A DNA stretch of 63,837 nt, filler included, from Octopus bimaculoides (Eukaryota), in assembly GCF_001194135.2 (NCBI RefSeq). It is 6 parts of 4 records of this genome, joined end to end, with 100 filler letters (N's around TTAATTAATTAA, not from the genome) between each part and the next. Parts side by side here need not be neighbours in the genome. Positions count along the whole stretch, not along the records: positions 1 to 8,559 come from NC_068986.1; positions 8,660 to 20,649 come from NC_068999.1; 4 more parts are not named here. The stretch is one strand, 5' to 3'. The position numbers were made by a program, and so were the translations under genes. Under the pieces are notes generated by a model. That model worked only from the letters and a program-made list of their open reading frames with translations. It searched no databases and was not told where the DNA came from. Shown one piece after another: positions 1 to 13,254 of the stretch. Every line of letters starts with the position of its first letter. Positions within the stretch are counted from its first letter, which is position 1.

Positions 1-6
1 AATAAC

Positions 7-74
<68 letters not shown>

Positions 75-75
75 C

Positions 76-135
<60 letters not shown>

Positions 136-146
136 GTAATAATAAT
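1..146 (+). repeat. (AAT)n microsatellite
   Basis: Near-perfect AAT repeat from the window start. Confidence 0.98.
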
Positions 147-282
147 ATATTGAGCGCACTGTGCGGCACCAAAGCTGGTTCACAAAGAGGCAGTTTGTTA
201 CACCGCTGGTTTAGATAAGCAAAATTCTCGATATATCATCATTAATATTTGATAATTTTCTACCATGATAATAACGCTACCA

Positions 283-665
283 ACATCACCAGCATCGACC
301 AACAACAGGAAGAAGAAGAAGAAGACGAACAACAACCACAACAACAACAACAACAACAACAACAACGGCAACAACTGAGCGTAACTGATAACGACGACGA
401 CGACGAGGAGGGGAGGGGGAGGGGAAGAGGAGGAGGAGGAGGAGGAGGAGGAGGAGGGTGATGATGACGATGATGATGATGATGATGACGATGATGATGA
501 TGATGATGATGATGACGACGATGATGATATTGCACGGGGGCGGTGATGTAAACGAAGAATAAACAGAAGGGATATATTAATAATGATGACAAAAATGATA
601 GCGATATTAGCAACAAAAACAACAACAACAACAATAACAACAACTTTATTGAAAATAATAATATC
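283..665. repeat. Mosaic trinucleotide repeat block (CAA/GAA/GAC/GGA/GAT)
   Basis: Successive short trinucleotide runs; they explain the poly-Q/E/G/H ORFs 249..461 and 260..667. Confidence 0.9.
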
Positions 666-911
666 AATAATTTCTTAATTATTTATGAACGTTCAGACTA
701 GAATTGTTTTGTTCGGAGATTCAGTGTATCAGCTTGTATCAAAATGCGAACCTGCAACCAATGAATTATGGAATCACGCATAGCTTTGAAATCTATTCGG
801 TCGTCCTCCGTTACATCTCTTTCTTGCCTCTAAGGAATTCCGTCGGTCAGAAGCGATGGCTACAAAGCCTTTCGGTTAACACTGGCTTGATCGAGCAACA
901 AGCGAGAAATA

Positions 912-1222
912 CTGGTTTCACATTTTGGCAACAAGGCCAACGATTTCGAGGCCGGAAGAAGGTTTGATTACATTGAACCNNNNNNNNNNNNNNNNNNNNN
1001 NNNNNNNNNNNNNNNNGGAATGTGAACTCAATACGTAAGGACGGACGAGATACCGCTAAACATTTTAACCGGCATGTTAACTAGCTCTTGCTAGTTCGCC
1101 GCCTTACACACAAGAAATATTAGTTTCAAATTTTGAGACAAGGCTAGCAACTTTAGGGAATGAGTAAGTCGATTACATCGACCCCAGTGCACAACTGGTA
1201 CTTATTTTATCGACCCCAACAA
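912..1222 (-). mobile_element. tRNA-derived SINE family A, two fragments spanning a gap
   Basis: Reverse complement reads aaggcggcgaactagca...gagttcacattcc, plus the ataagtaccagttgtgcactggggtcgatgtaatcgac body shared with about 10 other copies in this window. Confidence 0.8.
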
Positions 1223-1544
1223 GAGTATCATTACACTAGAAGATACACGACGCGGTCTTTGCCTCTGTCTCCCTGTCATTGCAATTACTTTCTCTCACTC
1301 CTCCTCAGTCACTACTTCTCCTTCACTGAATTACTATTTTCTCTCCTCTTCCTTCACTTATACTACTATTTCTCCTCCTCCCTCCTGCGTGATTTTAGAC
1401 AAATATATATATATACATATACAAATATATAAAAACACTACGCTCATTATTATATTAGGAGATTACTGTCTCGAGTTCTAGAACACTTAGTCCTGGTTAC
1501 GCGGTTTCCGCGGTGTAGAAGACATCGCGATCACAATTTCCTTG

Positions 1545-1717
1545 AACAGGACACCAGTCCGTTGGAGGGTTGCTCATTTACAGCAGATAAACAGAAACAA
1601 CGTTAAATGTGTTCTGCACAAGAACACAGAACAGAACAACACCCGTTCCGGGATTCGAAACCACGTCGTTGCGATTGGGAATGCAACCCAACACCCTAAC
1701 CTCTAGGCTACGTGCCT
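1545..1717 (-). mobile_element. tRNA-headed SINE (second head type)
   Basis: Reverse complement has an A-box-like ctagaggttagg and a B-box-like ggtttcgaatccc, followed by gttcttgtgcagaacacatt. Similar to 27095-27395. Confidence 0.6.
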
Positions 1718-1819
1718 TTTCATATTTCGGTGTAGACATACTAAATAGATAAAATACTGTAAAACACCATACATAATATACATTTTGCCATAAACACCAA
1801 GATAAATTTTAGGGTATGT

Positions 1820-2025
1820 TTTATATACATGGTATTAGGCTATAAAGTTTTTCCCCTCACTTTAAAGCCAAAAATACAATTGTGTAATAAAACTTTATCA
1901 CTTTCAAATTATATTTTTATGATATATAACAATTTATTGTACATAAAACGAAGTATAAAAACTAATATGGTAGATTATAGTAGATTATCTACTCTTATAG
2001 CAGTTGTTTAAGACTGTGTGCTATA
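1820..2025 (+). mobile_element. Non-autonomous DNA-transposon-like repeat (second copy about 49033-49190)
   Basis: Shares tagattatctactctt[a/g]tag and the aagttt[t]tccc[c/a]tc motif with 49033-49190; that copy starts TA|CAGGGTG, a Tc1-like end. Confidence 0.55.
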
Positions 2026-2235
2026 CACGGAATTTTAATATTTTAAAAAGAAGTTAGGCACAAAAATGTGTGTGCACATACATACATGCACACACACACA
2101 CGCACACACGCACACACATACACATGTAAAAATATATGTATATGTATATGTGTGTATGTGTGTGGGTGAGTGTGTATGTATGCATACATATAGCAATGAA
2201 ATAAGCAGGACAAGAGGAGACGCATGTGACAGAGA

Positions 2236-2277
2236 GTTATTGATGAGGTGACAGAATGCGTGACGAAAGAATTTGAC
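2236..2277 (+). ncRNA. Degenerate minimal hammerhead ribozyme (sister of 17768-17811)
   Basis: gtta-TTGATGA-ggtgacagaatgcgtgac-GAAA-gaatt-tgac. Core C3 is mutated; stem I gtta/tgac differs from the other copy yet still pairs. Confidence 0.45.
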
Positions 2278-3014
2278 GGACGTGTAAACTAAATATAATG
2301 CAAAAAAAACTAAAACGAAGATCGAATAAATAGTGCATGGGTTTCATTGGCAAAACAACGACCACCCCCAAATATAATAATGCATATATATATANNNNNN
2401 NNNNNNNNNNNNNNNNNNNNNNNNNNNNNNNNNNNNNNNNNNNNNNNNNNNNNNNNNNNNNNNNNNNNNNNNNNNNNNNNNNNNNNNNNNNNNNNNNNNN
2501 NNNNNNNNNNNNNNNNNNNNNNNNNNNNNNNNNNNNNNNNNNNNNNNNNNNNNNNNNNNNNNNNNNNNNNNNNNNNNNNNNNNNNNNNNNNNNNNNNNNN
2601 ACTTTTATAAAACAAATTTTACAAAATATATAGTATCTGTTAACAGTCTTAGTAAAAAGCTCACAGGTGAGTTTTTGTATATATATATGTATACATGTCT
2701 CTTAAAAGATAGAGCTCAAAATCAATGCATTGAAGATACTTTATTGCAGCAACAATTATAATAACAGAAACAACCACAATAAGCCAAACCTATGCACATT
2801 TCAATAGGGTATCCCGGATAAATAAACCACATCATAAGATGTCTCGTAAAATATTGTAACAAATTACAACATATTACAAATTTCTGGATACTCCATCTCT
2901 TCAGGGTGTTCAGTTCTGGTATACACAGAATGTGAAATAGGTCTATTCGATTAGGTGTGACCAGAGAATAGAAAACAACAATAAAATTGATGAGACACGT
3001 TTCAATCGATACTA

Positions 3015-3400
3015 GTATGATCATCACCACCACCACCACCAATACTATTACCGTTGCTATTGTCATCATCACCATAACTATTACCACCACTGCCATTATC
3101 AGCACCATTACTAACCACCGGCATTGCTATCGCTACCATCACCATCACCAGCACCACCACCATCAACACTATCAATACCACCACCACTTTCAAAACCACC
3201 ACCGCCTTCAACACTACCGCTATCAACGCTACCCGCGTCACCACCGCCGCCGCTTCCATCACGATCACCAGTTCAATTGCTGCTGTTACCCCCCCCCCAC
3301 CGTCACAATAACTATAATCCCCACCACGAGCACCATCACCTCCAACAACAACAACAACAACAGCTCAATACCATCACCACCATCACCACCACCACTACTC
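3015..3400. repeat. (CAT/CAC/CAA)n low-complexity block
   Basis: Degenerate trinucleotide runs giving the His/Thr/Pro-rich ORFs 2987..3580 and 3124..3669. Confidence 0.9.
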
Positions 3401-3894
3401 CGTCCATCTCTAACACTTGCCTCGACCAGAAACATCCATCACCTTTCCCACCAAAAATTATTCTTACTTACTACAAGATGGAACCAAACAATTTTGAACC
3501 GGTCTATATTATACAGCTTAAGCACATCCTTCAACTCTCTTTCTCCATTATACAAACTGTCATTATATGTCAATTATTGACCCTCCTAAATATAACGATG
3601 TTGTCTTATATTAAAACGCTTCTTAAGCTCCCAGTTACACTCGTTATGTTCCGACACAGTTTAAGCTAACGTTTCGAAAATACTCCATTAATGGATTGGC
3701 ATTATTTGTGGGAATTCTTTCTTCTTCGTAGTTTAGACTAGATGGTCTGTCTTGCTTCTTCTCATCAATTTCCTTCTATTTGTCAGTCTGTCTAACTGTC
3801 TGTTTATATGACTCCCCTCTCTCACCCTCTCTCTCTCTCTCTTTATCTCGCTCTCTCCCCATCACTTTTTCTGTCTTCATGTACACAAACATCT

Positions 3895-3941
<47 letters not shown>

Positions 3942-4892
3942 NNNNNNNNNNNNNNNNNNNNNNNNNNNNNNNNNNNNNNNNNNNNNNNNNNNNNNNNNNN
4001 NNNNNNNNNNNNNNNNNNNNNNNNNNNNNNNNNNNNNNNNNNNNNNNNNNNNNNNNNNNNNNNNNNNNNNNNNNNNNNNNNNNNNNNNNNNNNNNNNNNN
4101 NNNNNNNNNNNNNNNNNNNNNNNNNNNNNNNNNNNNNNNNNNNNNNNNNNNNNNNNNNNNNNNNNNNNNNNNNNNNNNNNNNNNNNNNNNNNNNNNNNNN
4201 NNNNNNNNNNNNNNNNNNNNNNNNNNNNNNNNNNNNNNNNNNNNNNNNNNNNNNNNNNNNNNNNNNNNNNNNNNNNNNNNNNNNNNNNNNNNNNNNNNNN
4301 NNNNNNNNNNNNNNNNNNNNNNNNNNNNNNNNNNNNNNNNNNNNNNNNNNNNNNNNNNNNNNNNNNNNNNNNNNNNNNNNNNNNNNNNNNNNNNNNNNNN
4401 NNNNNNNNNNNNNNNNNNNNNNNNNNNNNNNNNNNNNNNNNNNNNNNNNNNNNNNNNNNNNNNNNNNNNNNNNNNNNNNNNNNNNNNNNNNNNNNNNNNN
4501 NNNNNNNNNNNNNNNNNNNNNNNNNNNNNNNNNNNNNNNNNNNNNNNNNNNNNNNNNNNNNNNNNNNNNNNNNNNNNNNNNNNNNNNNNNNNNNNNNNNN
4601 NNNNNNNNNNNNNNNNNNNNNNNNNNNNNNNNNNNNNNNNNNNNNNNNNNNNNNNNNNNNNNNNNNNNNNNNNNNNNNNNNNNNNNNNNNNNNNNNNNNN
4701 NNNNNNNNNNNNNNNNNNNNNNNNNNNNNNNNNNNNNNNNNNNNNNNNNNNNNNNNNNNNNNNNNNNNNNNNNNNNNNNNNNNNNNNNNNNNNNNNNNNN
4801 NNNNNNNNNNNNNNNNNNNNNNNNNNNNNNNNNNNNNNNNNNNNNNNNNNNNNNNNNNNNNNNNNNNNNNNNNNNNNNNNNGGAATCCTAAC

Positions 4893-4934
<42 letters not shown>

Positions 4935-4974
4935 GTGCATACTCGTATACTCACACACACACAAACCTAGTTGA

Positions 4975-5265
4975 AAACAGAGTATATCTGGACAATCGGG
5001 AGTGGCAAAACACCACAAGAAGTAAACCCTGGGCACAACAAAAAGAAGGTCCCAGGACCTGATATGATCACAGACTTCTGGTTACAGGACTCAATAACGA
5101 CATGTCAGTTGCTAGCAGTGATTCTTACGGAGTTGGAGATAGTACTCGACTTGCTTAGTGAGAGGACATCACCACAGTGCCCAAGACTGAACGAAAAGCT
5201 ACTTCCAGAAACGGCAAGCCCGTAACTTGTTAGAGCACAACAACTTGCAAAACTTAAATATAATG
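4975..5265 (+). mobile_element. R4/Dong-clade LINE reverse-transcriptase N-terminal fragment, decayed
   Basis: KKVPGPDMITDFWL resembles the KAPGPD..G.W motif; after a frameshift, PE.GKPVTC resembles PENYRPITC. Confidence 0.6.
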
Positions 5266-5280
5266 AAATCACAAAGAATG

Positions 5281-5667
5281 TTGTTGTTGGCACTCCGTCG
5301 CTTACGACGTCGAGGGTTCCAGTTGATCCGATCAACGGAACAGCCTGCTCGTGAAATTAACGTGCAAGTGGCTGAGCACTCCACAGACACGTGTACCCTT
5401 AACGTAGTTCTCGGGGATATTCAGCGTGACACAGTGTGTGACAAGGCTGACCCTTTGAATTACAGGCACAACAGAAACAGGAAGAAAGAGTGAGAGAAAG
5501 TTGTGGTGAAAGAGTACAGCAGGGTTCGCCGCCATCCCCTGCCGGAGCCTCGTGGAGCTTTAGGTGTTTTCGCTCAATAAACACTCACAACGCCCGGTCT
5601 GTGAATCGAAACCGCGATCCTATGACCGCGAGTCCGCTGCCCTAACCACTGGGCCATTACGTCTCCA
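5281..5667 (-). mobile_element. tRNA-derived SINE family C (about 390 bp, (CAA)n tail)
   Basis: Head tggagacgtaatggcccagtggttagggcagcggactcgcggtc and tail gatcaactggaaccctcgacgtcgtaagcgacggagtgccaacaac; near-identical to 27747-28143 and related to 36882-37204. Confidence 0.9.
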
Positions 5668-6914
5668 CAATGAAATCACAAAGAATACACATCTGGAAAA
5701 AGAAAAAAAAACGAGAGAAGAAATACTGCAATGGTATATGACGTCGAAACGATTAATCATTATTATAATGATAGTCAAATTCTGACTGTAATATAACTTC
5801 CGTTTTCTTCGCAAATCCCCTCCTCTTTCGCTCTCTCTCTCTCTCTCCCTCTCTGCATGTATGCATTGTGTATGTATGTATGTATGTATGTATTATGCAG
5901 ATGTGTATGCATGTGTGTGCATGGCGCGCCGCGTATGTGTGTGTACAGAGACACGATCGTCAAAGACATTAATTTGCTACTTTCGAAAATAAAGAATTTC
6001 TTCTTTCAAAAGAAGTAAGTTTATTTCAAAACACAAAAAAAAAAAAAAATAGAGATGAACTCCATGTTTTATATTTTAAGAAAACTGAGAAATAAATTAT
6101 TCCCTTTTTTTTTTATTCTGTTTAATTTTAATAAGTTACTTTCTTTACAACACTACTGACGTGTTCATGCATGGTTAGTTATATGTTGCTCTGAGTAGAA
6201 TTAATTATCCATCAGACGTAAAGTTTTTTACTGGTCAGATTTAATACACCCTACCAAGACGATCTCACTGGCATACGAATTATGAAAACGTAAAGTTTAC
6301 TAAAAGTATTGTAAACACAGACATTGATGAATTGTCCCAAATTTCCTTTCAGTAGTTTGTTGTACGTAACGTATAGAGATATGAAAACAGATAAAAACTA
6401 TGTACTTTGGTCTATTACACGATTTTTCTTCAAATTATTTCACCCTCTTTTACATAATTCTTTATTGACGATAAACCTATATTTCAGATATAAAACAACG
6501 GGACATGAGCTAGGTTATTATAAATAAAAGCACAATCGAGAATGTTCTAAAAGGAGTATGTTCTAAAAGGAGAATGTTCTATGACTTCAAACATGTAGAT
6601 CAGCATGATCGCAATGAATCTTCATGAGTAGCCAAATTTGATTTTCCAGAGCTTCATGATTTTGGAAACTAAATATCTTGATAAATTCAAAGAAATTCAT
6701 GTAAGATACTTAGTGTTGCATACGGTATTTCTCACGGTACAGAAGATCGTATTAACAGCACCAGTGGGAAGTCAAAAACCAAATTGAGACTCTATTCCAT
6801 TGTAGGATGAGTTGGTTAGATAGCATGCAATTTGTGTCTGCTTTAGGGTCTGTCTCTGTAGTCAACAAAGTGTTCGGGCTTCATTTGACAGTTTGCATAA
6901 AAGGAAAAGAAAAG

Positions 6915-7480
6915 TAACCCATCCAAAAATTTAAATATTCTAAAAAATCAAAAGATGTCAACTAGATTAGAGCTGGGAGATAACGGTTTACTCAAAGTAG
7001 CTACCCTCAGATTCTGCCACGTCCTCAAGATGGCTTCAGAACCTGGCGCATGCATTCCTTACTGTGTCCCTGAATAAATCTCCGAAAATATCCTTGATCT
7101 TGGCCACCAGCTCGGCCTTGGTATTGCAGGCAGAGTGACTGGTGGTATTTCTAAACCGCACCCCACACGTAATAATCCATGGAATTACAATCGAGGGAAT
7201 TAAGAGGAAAGACAGTGAGGCTGGTGAAGTCGTAGAAATTCTCTGACAACCATTTCTGACCTTTTCTGGAGGTATGGCAAGAAACCGATTCCTGCTGCCA
7301 CACATATGACCCTCCAGCAGCAATCCTCTCCGCTCAGGGACCGACCACAGTCTTCAGCAGCTTCACGAAGCCGTCTGAATTGAGCGTAAGGCCCTGTTCA
7401 AAGATATGGGTATGAATACCGGCGTGCGGTCGCAGTCAGAATGGCCGCTGGCCACGGTTTTGTAGTCTCCGTTGAGGCTG
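6915..7480 (-). mobile_element. Tc1/mariner (maT, DD37D-like) transposase 3' fragment
   Basis: Frameshifted translation gives YVWQQES..CHTSRKGQKWLSENFYDF...DCNSMDYYVWGAV...CNTKAELVAKIKDIF..L.RDTVRNACARF*SHLEDVAESEGSYFE*. Confidence 0.85.
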
Positions 7481-7689
7481 TTCATGTCACAATTTACAGT
7501 CTTTACAGAGTTCACAAACTATTTAAAAACAGTCGTGGTGTCGGCATTTTGATAACCGACGGGAATCATGATGATACAAGTAATTCTTTTCCAATATTCA
7601 GATGGCTTTCAGTTGTCCATGTCAACTAAATTTTTTCTCAGCTATAGCTTTAATTTTTATGCTCTCCAACACCGTTGACCGTTCACTAA

Positions 7690-7995
7690 AACATCGAGCT
7701 ATTCCCGAAAAATAAAGGAGACATAAAACTTCGTCAAATTTTCCCGAGCAACCTGAATATGAAAACTTCATCGTCCGTGTCTGCAGTCTAATTTATATTT
7801 AACTTCCACGTCTACTTCCATATGTGGGAGCAAACTAATGCTTGTCAAGTATGCATTAACAAGCTTTTAAACGGAGAGTTAGCAATCTTTCGCCGGTAAC
7901 TGTAGATAGCTCATCCATCCTCTCCACCAATTTATTGCGGATCGCAAAGCTTACACTATGTAAGCGCTGCTCTCTTGTCTGTTTACATTTCAAAA
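7690..7995 (-). mobile_element. RTE-type LINE AP-endonuclease fragment
   Basis: EQRLHSVSFAIRNKLVERMDELSTVTGERLLTLRL...FAPT matches the GVGFAI / ERL..LRL / YAPT motifs of the APE domain; contains stops and frameshifts. Confidence 0.6.
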
Positions 7996-8507
7996 AGATG
8001 ATGTGTTCTTTTCGAAATACAAGATTTAGCTAAATTCAGAGCTCACAGTGCATTTGGGGAGCCATACTTTACTATAACCGTAGTGTTCGTGATGGGAATA
8101 CACATTTAATGTATTCAAATGTATTCAACATTAGGCGTTTCACATCGATATTTTGCTGAAATGTGTCAGTCACATCGACGCCTGAGAGTGATAAAATACC
8201 GTCTGTTTATTTATTACTTAATTTTTACCATAACACTCGCAAACTAACGGCGGAGCTCGACGGAATCCGACGATTTTACATAGAAAAGATTACATCAGTG
8301 CAATAGATGAGATACTGGGAGATGCTAAAGAGCAGAGGCTCTCTTTCGAGGGCCACGACGCGAAATAAATGAAGTGATATATATATGTGTATACAAAATG
8401 TCTGAGGGTTTAGCACATAACTTTGCGATTCAAAGCTTTACCAACACCCGAACTGAACACCATTGCATAGAACCTGATGTGTGTGCGTGTGCATAATTGT
8501 ATATGTG

Positions 8508-8559
<52 letters not shown>

Positions 8560-9352
8560 NNNNNNNNNNNNNNNNNNNNNNNNNNNNNNNNNNNNNNNNN
8601 NNNTTAATTAATTAANNNNNNNNNNNNNNNNNNNNNNNNNNNNNNNNNNNNNNNNNNNNATATATATATATATATATATAACCCTACATAGGTGCATATA
8701 CTTGAATGCATGTATGTGTGAATTAGAACCAGAGAACCTTCCACAACAACACCGTCTACAACAGTAGCAGCAAGAATACAATCCGATAATCAAAATATTG
8801 GAGAATATTTCCAAAAGAAAAATATACAAATGAAATTTGGTTAATCTGAGGAAATGAAAAGGCAAAACCGCCGTCGTTGGTGCTGGTGTTTACTGACTGT
8901 GTTTGGTGGTGGTGGTATTTGGCGGTGGTGGCAGTGTTTAGTGACGGGATTCACTCTACTCACACACTGCTGGAATGTGTCAGGAGAAGGACTGAAGTAA
9001 TTAATCAACTAAACATTCGAAATAATATAAAGAAGAAATCAAAAGAAGCAAACATAATAACAACGCCTAATAAATGCATGCAGAATATCACAGAGCAAAA
9101 ATAGTGAAATAAAATCTCTCTAACAATGGAGAATATAGATTACTAAAAGCTAAATGTCAAGTAGTAATTGTGATGAAAGTTAGAGAAGTCGGATTTGGAG
9201 GCATGACAGCTTAAGGGAGACAATGAAATGTGTTTAAAAAAGAGTAAGTCTGAACATAGCTGGAAGTTATTGTTTTACCAAACAAACTGTCACTAAGGAA
9301 TAAGATTTCTGAAAATGAAATCCTCCTGAAGAAATGAATCAGAAACAAAAGC

Positions 9353-9390
<38 letters not shown>

Positions 9391-10363
9391 GATGATGATG
9401 ATCGTAAATAGAAGGCATCAAACAAGATTTTTTCAAAGAAAAACAAATATCTACAGTCGAAAGAATAATACGTCGAAGAATTTCATTTCATTTTAATGAC
9501 TCCAACTAAAGACATACAAAGAGGAAGTTTGAAAACCCTGAGAATGTACAGATGGTGAAGAATATGAGATTCTGCTTTCTGCCGAAATAATTTCACAAAT
9601 ATCCTTAGATATTCTCAACAATTAATTAAGACTTCGTCATGAAAAAAACATCTTTTGTAAATTTTATTGTGTTTTCTTAAATTTTTTTTTTAATTAATTG
9701 CTAGTTATTTTAGAAACAATATTTATTTATACTTCATGCAATGTTAGTTCGGTTTTCAATTCCTTATATTTTACTGCCAATATCCTTAGTATCATTAATA
9801 TGGACAATGACTGGAGTGGTTGTGTAGAATCAGTAGAGCATCGAAAGAAAATAATGCCGTGCAATATTCGCTGAAGCACATTACGTTATGAGTTCAAATG
9901 TTGCTGAGGTTAACTTTGCTTTGCATCTCTCCACCGTTCATAAACTAAAGCACCAAGTAATGGCGTTCACGGTATCAATTAACCCTCCCACTCAGAAATG
10001 CTATTTTTGTACTTAAATTTGAAAGCATTTGTTATTCAAGACTGCAAGTTTTGTCATTGGTAATAGTTAGAAATCAAATGTAAATAATGTCAACTTTGCC
10101 TTTTAGAGTACCAGTCAGGTAAAAGCGTATACGTAATCCACTGAAAATTCTGGTCATACGCTTTTGTTACGAAAGAGAGTAAATTACCAGAATCGGTCAA
10201 CCATTACTATCTGAGGCTAAACCGCGCTCGGCCCAGCATTGTCCATCATATTTCTGGAGATCGATGATATAAAGTACCAGCCAAATACTATCATCAACCG
10301 TACCCATCGCCTCAGCTTTAGCCTCATGCTAATTCGATCTCATGCTAATAGTTTTATAAACTT

Positions 10364-10581
10364 AAGGCGCTGAGCTGGCAGATTCGTTAGCGTACCAAAC
10401 GAAATGCTTATCAGGATTTAGTCCGTTTTTAAGTTCTGATTGTCCATCTTCTGCTGAGATTGACTTTACCTTTCATCCTTTCGGGGTCGATAACATAAGT
10501 ACCAGTTGATCACTTGAGGGTCAATGTAATTGACTCAGACCTCTCCCCGGAAATTGCTGGCTTTGTGCGAAAATTTGGAAC
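10364..10581 (+). mobile_element. SINE family A
   Basis: aaggcgctgagctggcagattcgttagc head; gactttacctttcatcctttcggggtcgataacataagtaccagttg body. Confidence 0.85.
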
Positions 10582-10827
10582 TGATAGTTTCATGATCTGT
10601 GGATTAAGTAGAACTAGTAGAGTGTTATTTAATATGCACGATACTCTTTAGTTATATTATGTTCTGAGTTCAAATCCCATTGAAGACCTTTTTACTTATT
10701 TATCTGGCATCAACCAGCCTCTAGGTTCACTACGTAAATTTTGTTGTTCTGTTTAGGCCAATCCTGATGGAGCAAAATTATAACTCTGGATATTTCACCT
10801 TTGATGAACCCATATAACTATGACAAT

Positions 10828-11045
10828 GAGCAGGCAGAGTTATTACCGCGCTTGACAAAATACTTAGTGACATTTCTTCCTGCTCATTACGTCGTGAGTT
10901 CAAATGCAGCCAAGGTCTACTGTACTTTCCATCATTTCGTGGTTGATAAAAAATACCAGTGGAACATGCACTAGGTAGGACGTTAAAACCGACACAATCA
11001 TTCTGGCCCCAAAATTCAGGCCTTGTACCTATACTAGAGAAAAAA
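10828..11045 (+). mobile_element. Old, diverged SINE family A copy (another at about 9805-10030)
   Basis: Residual ggcagagttatt...gagttcaaat...gataaaaaataccag motifs in family order. Confidence 0.55.
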
Positions 11046-11213
11046 AGATCTATTTATAACTTGCACAGCAAGACATTCCACGCAAAAACTTTAGATTAGA
11101 AAATTTCTGCATATCGTCCGCTACAAGTAAGCGCACTCCTTCTACCGAATCGCCACGAATTGAGGCCCAATGTGAAGATTAATTGTCAGTAAGGAACTAA
11201 GAGTAAAACTAAG

Positions 11214-11248
<35 letters not shown>

Positions 11249-11684
11249 GTGCATGTGTGTGTGTATGCATGTATGTATGCATGTACATACGTACATACCT
11301 ACGTACCGGTGTACGCACCTGAGTGCGCGCATGTGTATAAGTGAGTATTATTAGCTATTTTTGTTTATCAATTTGCAGAAAACTGCAAAACATTTAATGA
11401 TGGCGTGGATTTTATACATTCATAAAGTAAAATTTATTTAGTATTTCGAGTTGAGTGGGACTTCGAGTTCACTCTTTTTGTCTTATTGAACTCTCTTATT
11501 CCTTCTCTCCTCTCTCTCACTCCGTACCGTGTCTTTGTTGGAATGTAGAGTCTGAAATCAATTGTATATCGAACTGCGGATCATAATAGAGAAAGCTATT
11601 TTAAAGAAAACATTTTAAAAAGCCATTAATACTACTGAATAGCTATATTGTGTTAGGTTTCAGTTTATTGGTGCAAACGTACAC

Positions 11685-11761
<77 letters not shown>

Positions 11762-13254
11762 TGCTATTATATATAGAAAGTGATATTACTATATACAGAC
11801 TGACAAACGAATGTATAGAAAATAGTAGAATGTTCATCTTTGAGTAATCGAATTTGAAATGTTATGATATTTCCAAGCATTCGTTAATGTTTAGTTTCAG
11901 CTAAGTCCCGAACCAGAACTACAACTCTTATGGAAGATATTTTAGTTTCGATCCCCACGTTTATTCATCTTTTTACAAACTGAAAATTGAAAAAGGTTTT
12001 GACATTTTCCCCAACTAAAGGAATTATATTTGCCGCAACAAGTTGTTGGTCAAATGTATGAAATGGTGAGATGAATTTCTGAATGTCTGTAATTACTGTC
12101 AGTCTGTATTTAGATTTATTTTGTTAATAAATTTAATTTTACTTGTTGAATTGACCCATATTTAAGCTCTTATTACCACTTTTATTAGCATAGTTTTCAT
12201 TCCCTTTAATTCCTATTTTTGTATTTATCTATTTATGTTAAATATCATACCTTCGTACCTTAGCAACTTAACATATTTACGTCCAGTATTTCCCTATACG
12301 AACGCTGTATATCTAAAATCTTTAAATTAAATTTTGTCCAATAGTTCTGTATCTTTATTAGTCTAGATCAATAATAAATGTTTAAGGGGGTGAAAGGTAA
12401 TAATTTATAATTCTTTATTATTTATTTATTTTTCTCTTTCTATCTATTTTCACTCTTTACTCTATCTACTTTGATTTTTATATATTGCTTTATTTATGTT
12501 TTTATTTATAATGTTTATGTACTCTAACATTAAGTCAATATTCTTACTGGTCTTTTAACTAAATTGTCTGAATGTCTTCTACCTTAATTAATTATTGATA
12601 ATAACTATATACACTTGAATTAAAATCTACATACTAAGTTTATATTGAATTAATAAGGAGACACATAATAGCACAATATAACATTTTTACCAGTTATACC
12701 TACTTGAGCTTTCTTATACTTAACACTCCAGATGTATATATTGTTTTACAACTCCATTATAAACAACTTTACTCCCCGTCTAATGGTTCTACTATTTATA
12801 CGCTATGTTCTTTATGTATTTAATTTTGAGTTAACCGTTTGTAGCCGCTTACATGCAGAAATTGAACACCTATTTCGTATATCTTTACATCTGAAGAGAT
12901 ACGATTTTCAAACAATTTCTCTTCTTCTTCTTCTTCTATATATATATATATATATATATATATGCATATACATTAAATGGTAGCATCAGGTAAGCCTCAA
13001 GACAAGGATGTGGAGTGGGCTTGGACGGTGATAATTTGCCGCCCTTTTCTTCTCCAAACTATCGTCAGTCTTATAAGATATAAAACTATTTCCCATGCTT
13101 CATACTTACCTGTGGGTTTTTTCAGATCTAGTAGATACTAAAACCGTTACTTTTAAACTTGTGAATTCTCAACTATTCTCTTCATACCGACTCTACTCTT
13201 CCACATCCTCATATTCTAAGACATCTAGATTTTCATCCGTAGAATATCAAGTGT

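Noticed and set aside
249-667. Poly-Q/E/G/H ORFs (also 2987-3669, 15479-15935, 24527-25152, 42637-43050 repeat part)
   Set aside because: They are translations of trinucleotide microsatellites, with no splice or homology support.
3780-5036. Long ORFs of 250-400 aa (also 22854-24045, 34575-35378)
   Set aside because: They are open only because N runs translate as X.
5600-5667. tRNA-like heads with A/B boxes as functional tRNA genes (all SINE heads)
   Set aside because: Each continues into a shared SINE body and tail and lacks a complete cloverleaf.
8560-8659. TTAATTAATTAA embedded in N runs (also 20650-20749, 39657-39756, 46746-46845, 62555-62654)
   Set aside because: All five have the identical 44 N + 12 bp + 44 N layout, so they are scaffolding spacers, not biology. 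They do warn that adjacency across these points is uncertain.
10212-10326. 10-bp inverted repeat tgaggctaaa/tttagcctca; also a 16-bp tandem at 6540-6581 and a (CTGY)n block at 20330-20465
   Set aside because: Too short or simple, with no TSD or second copy; compatible with chance or slippage.
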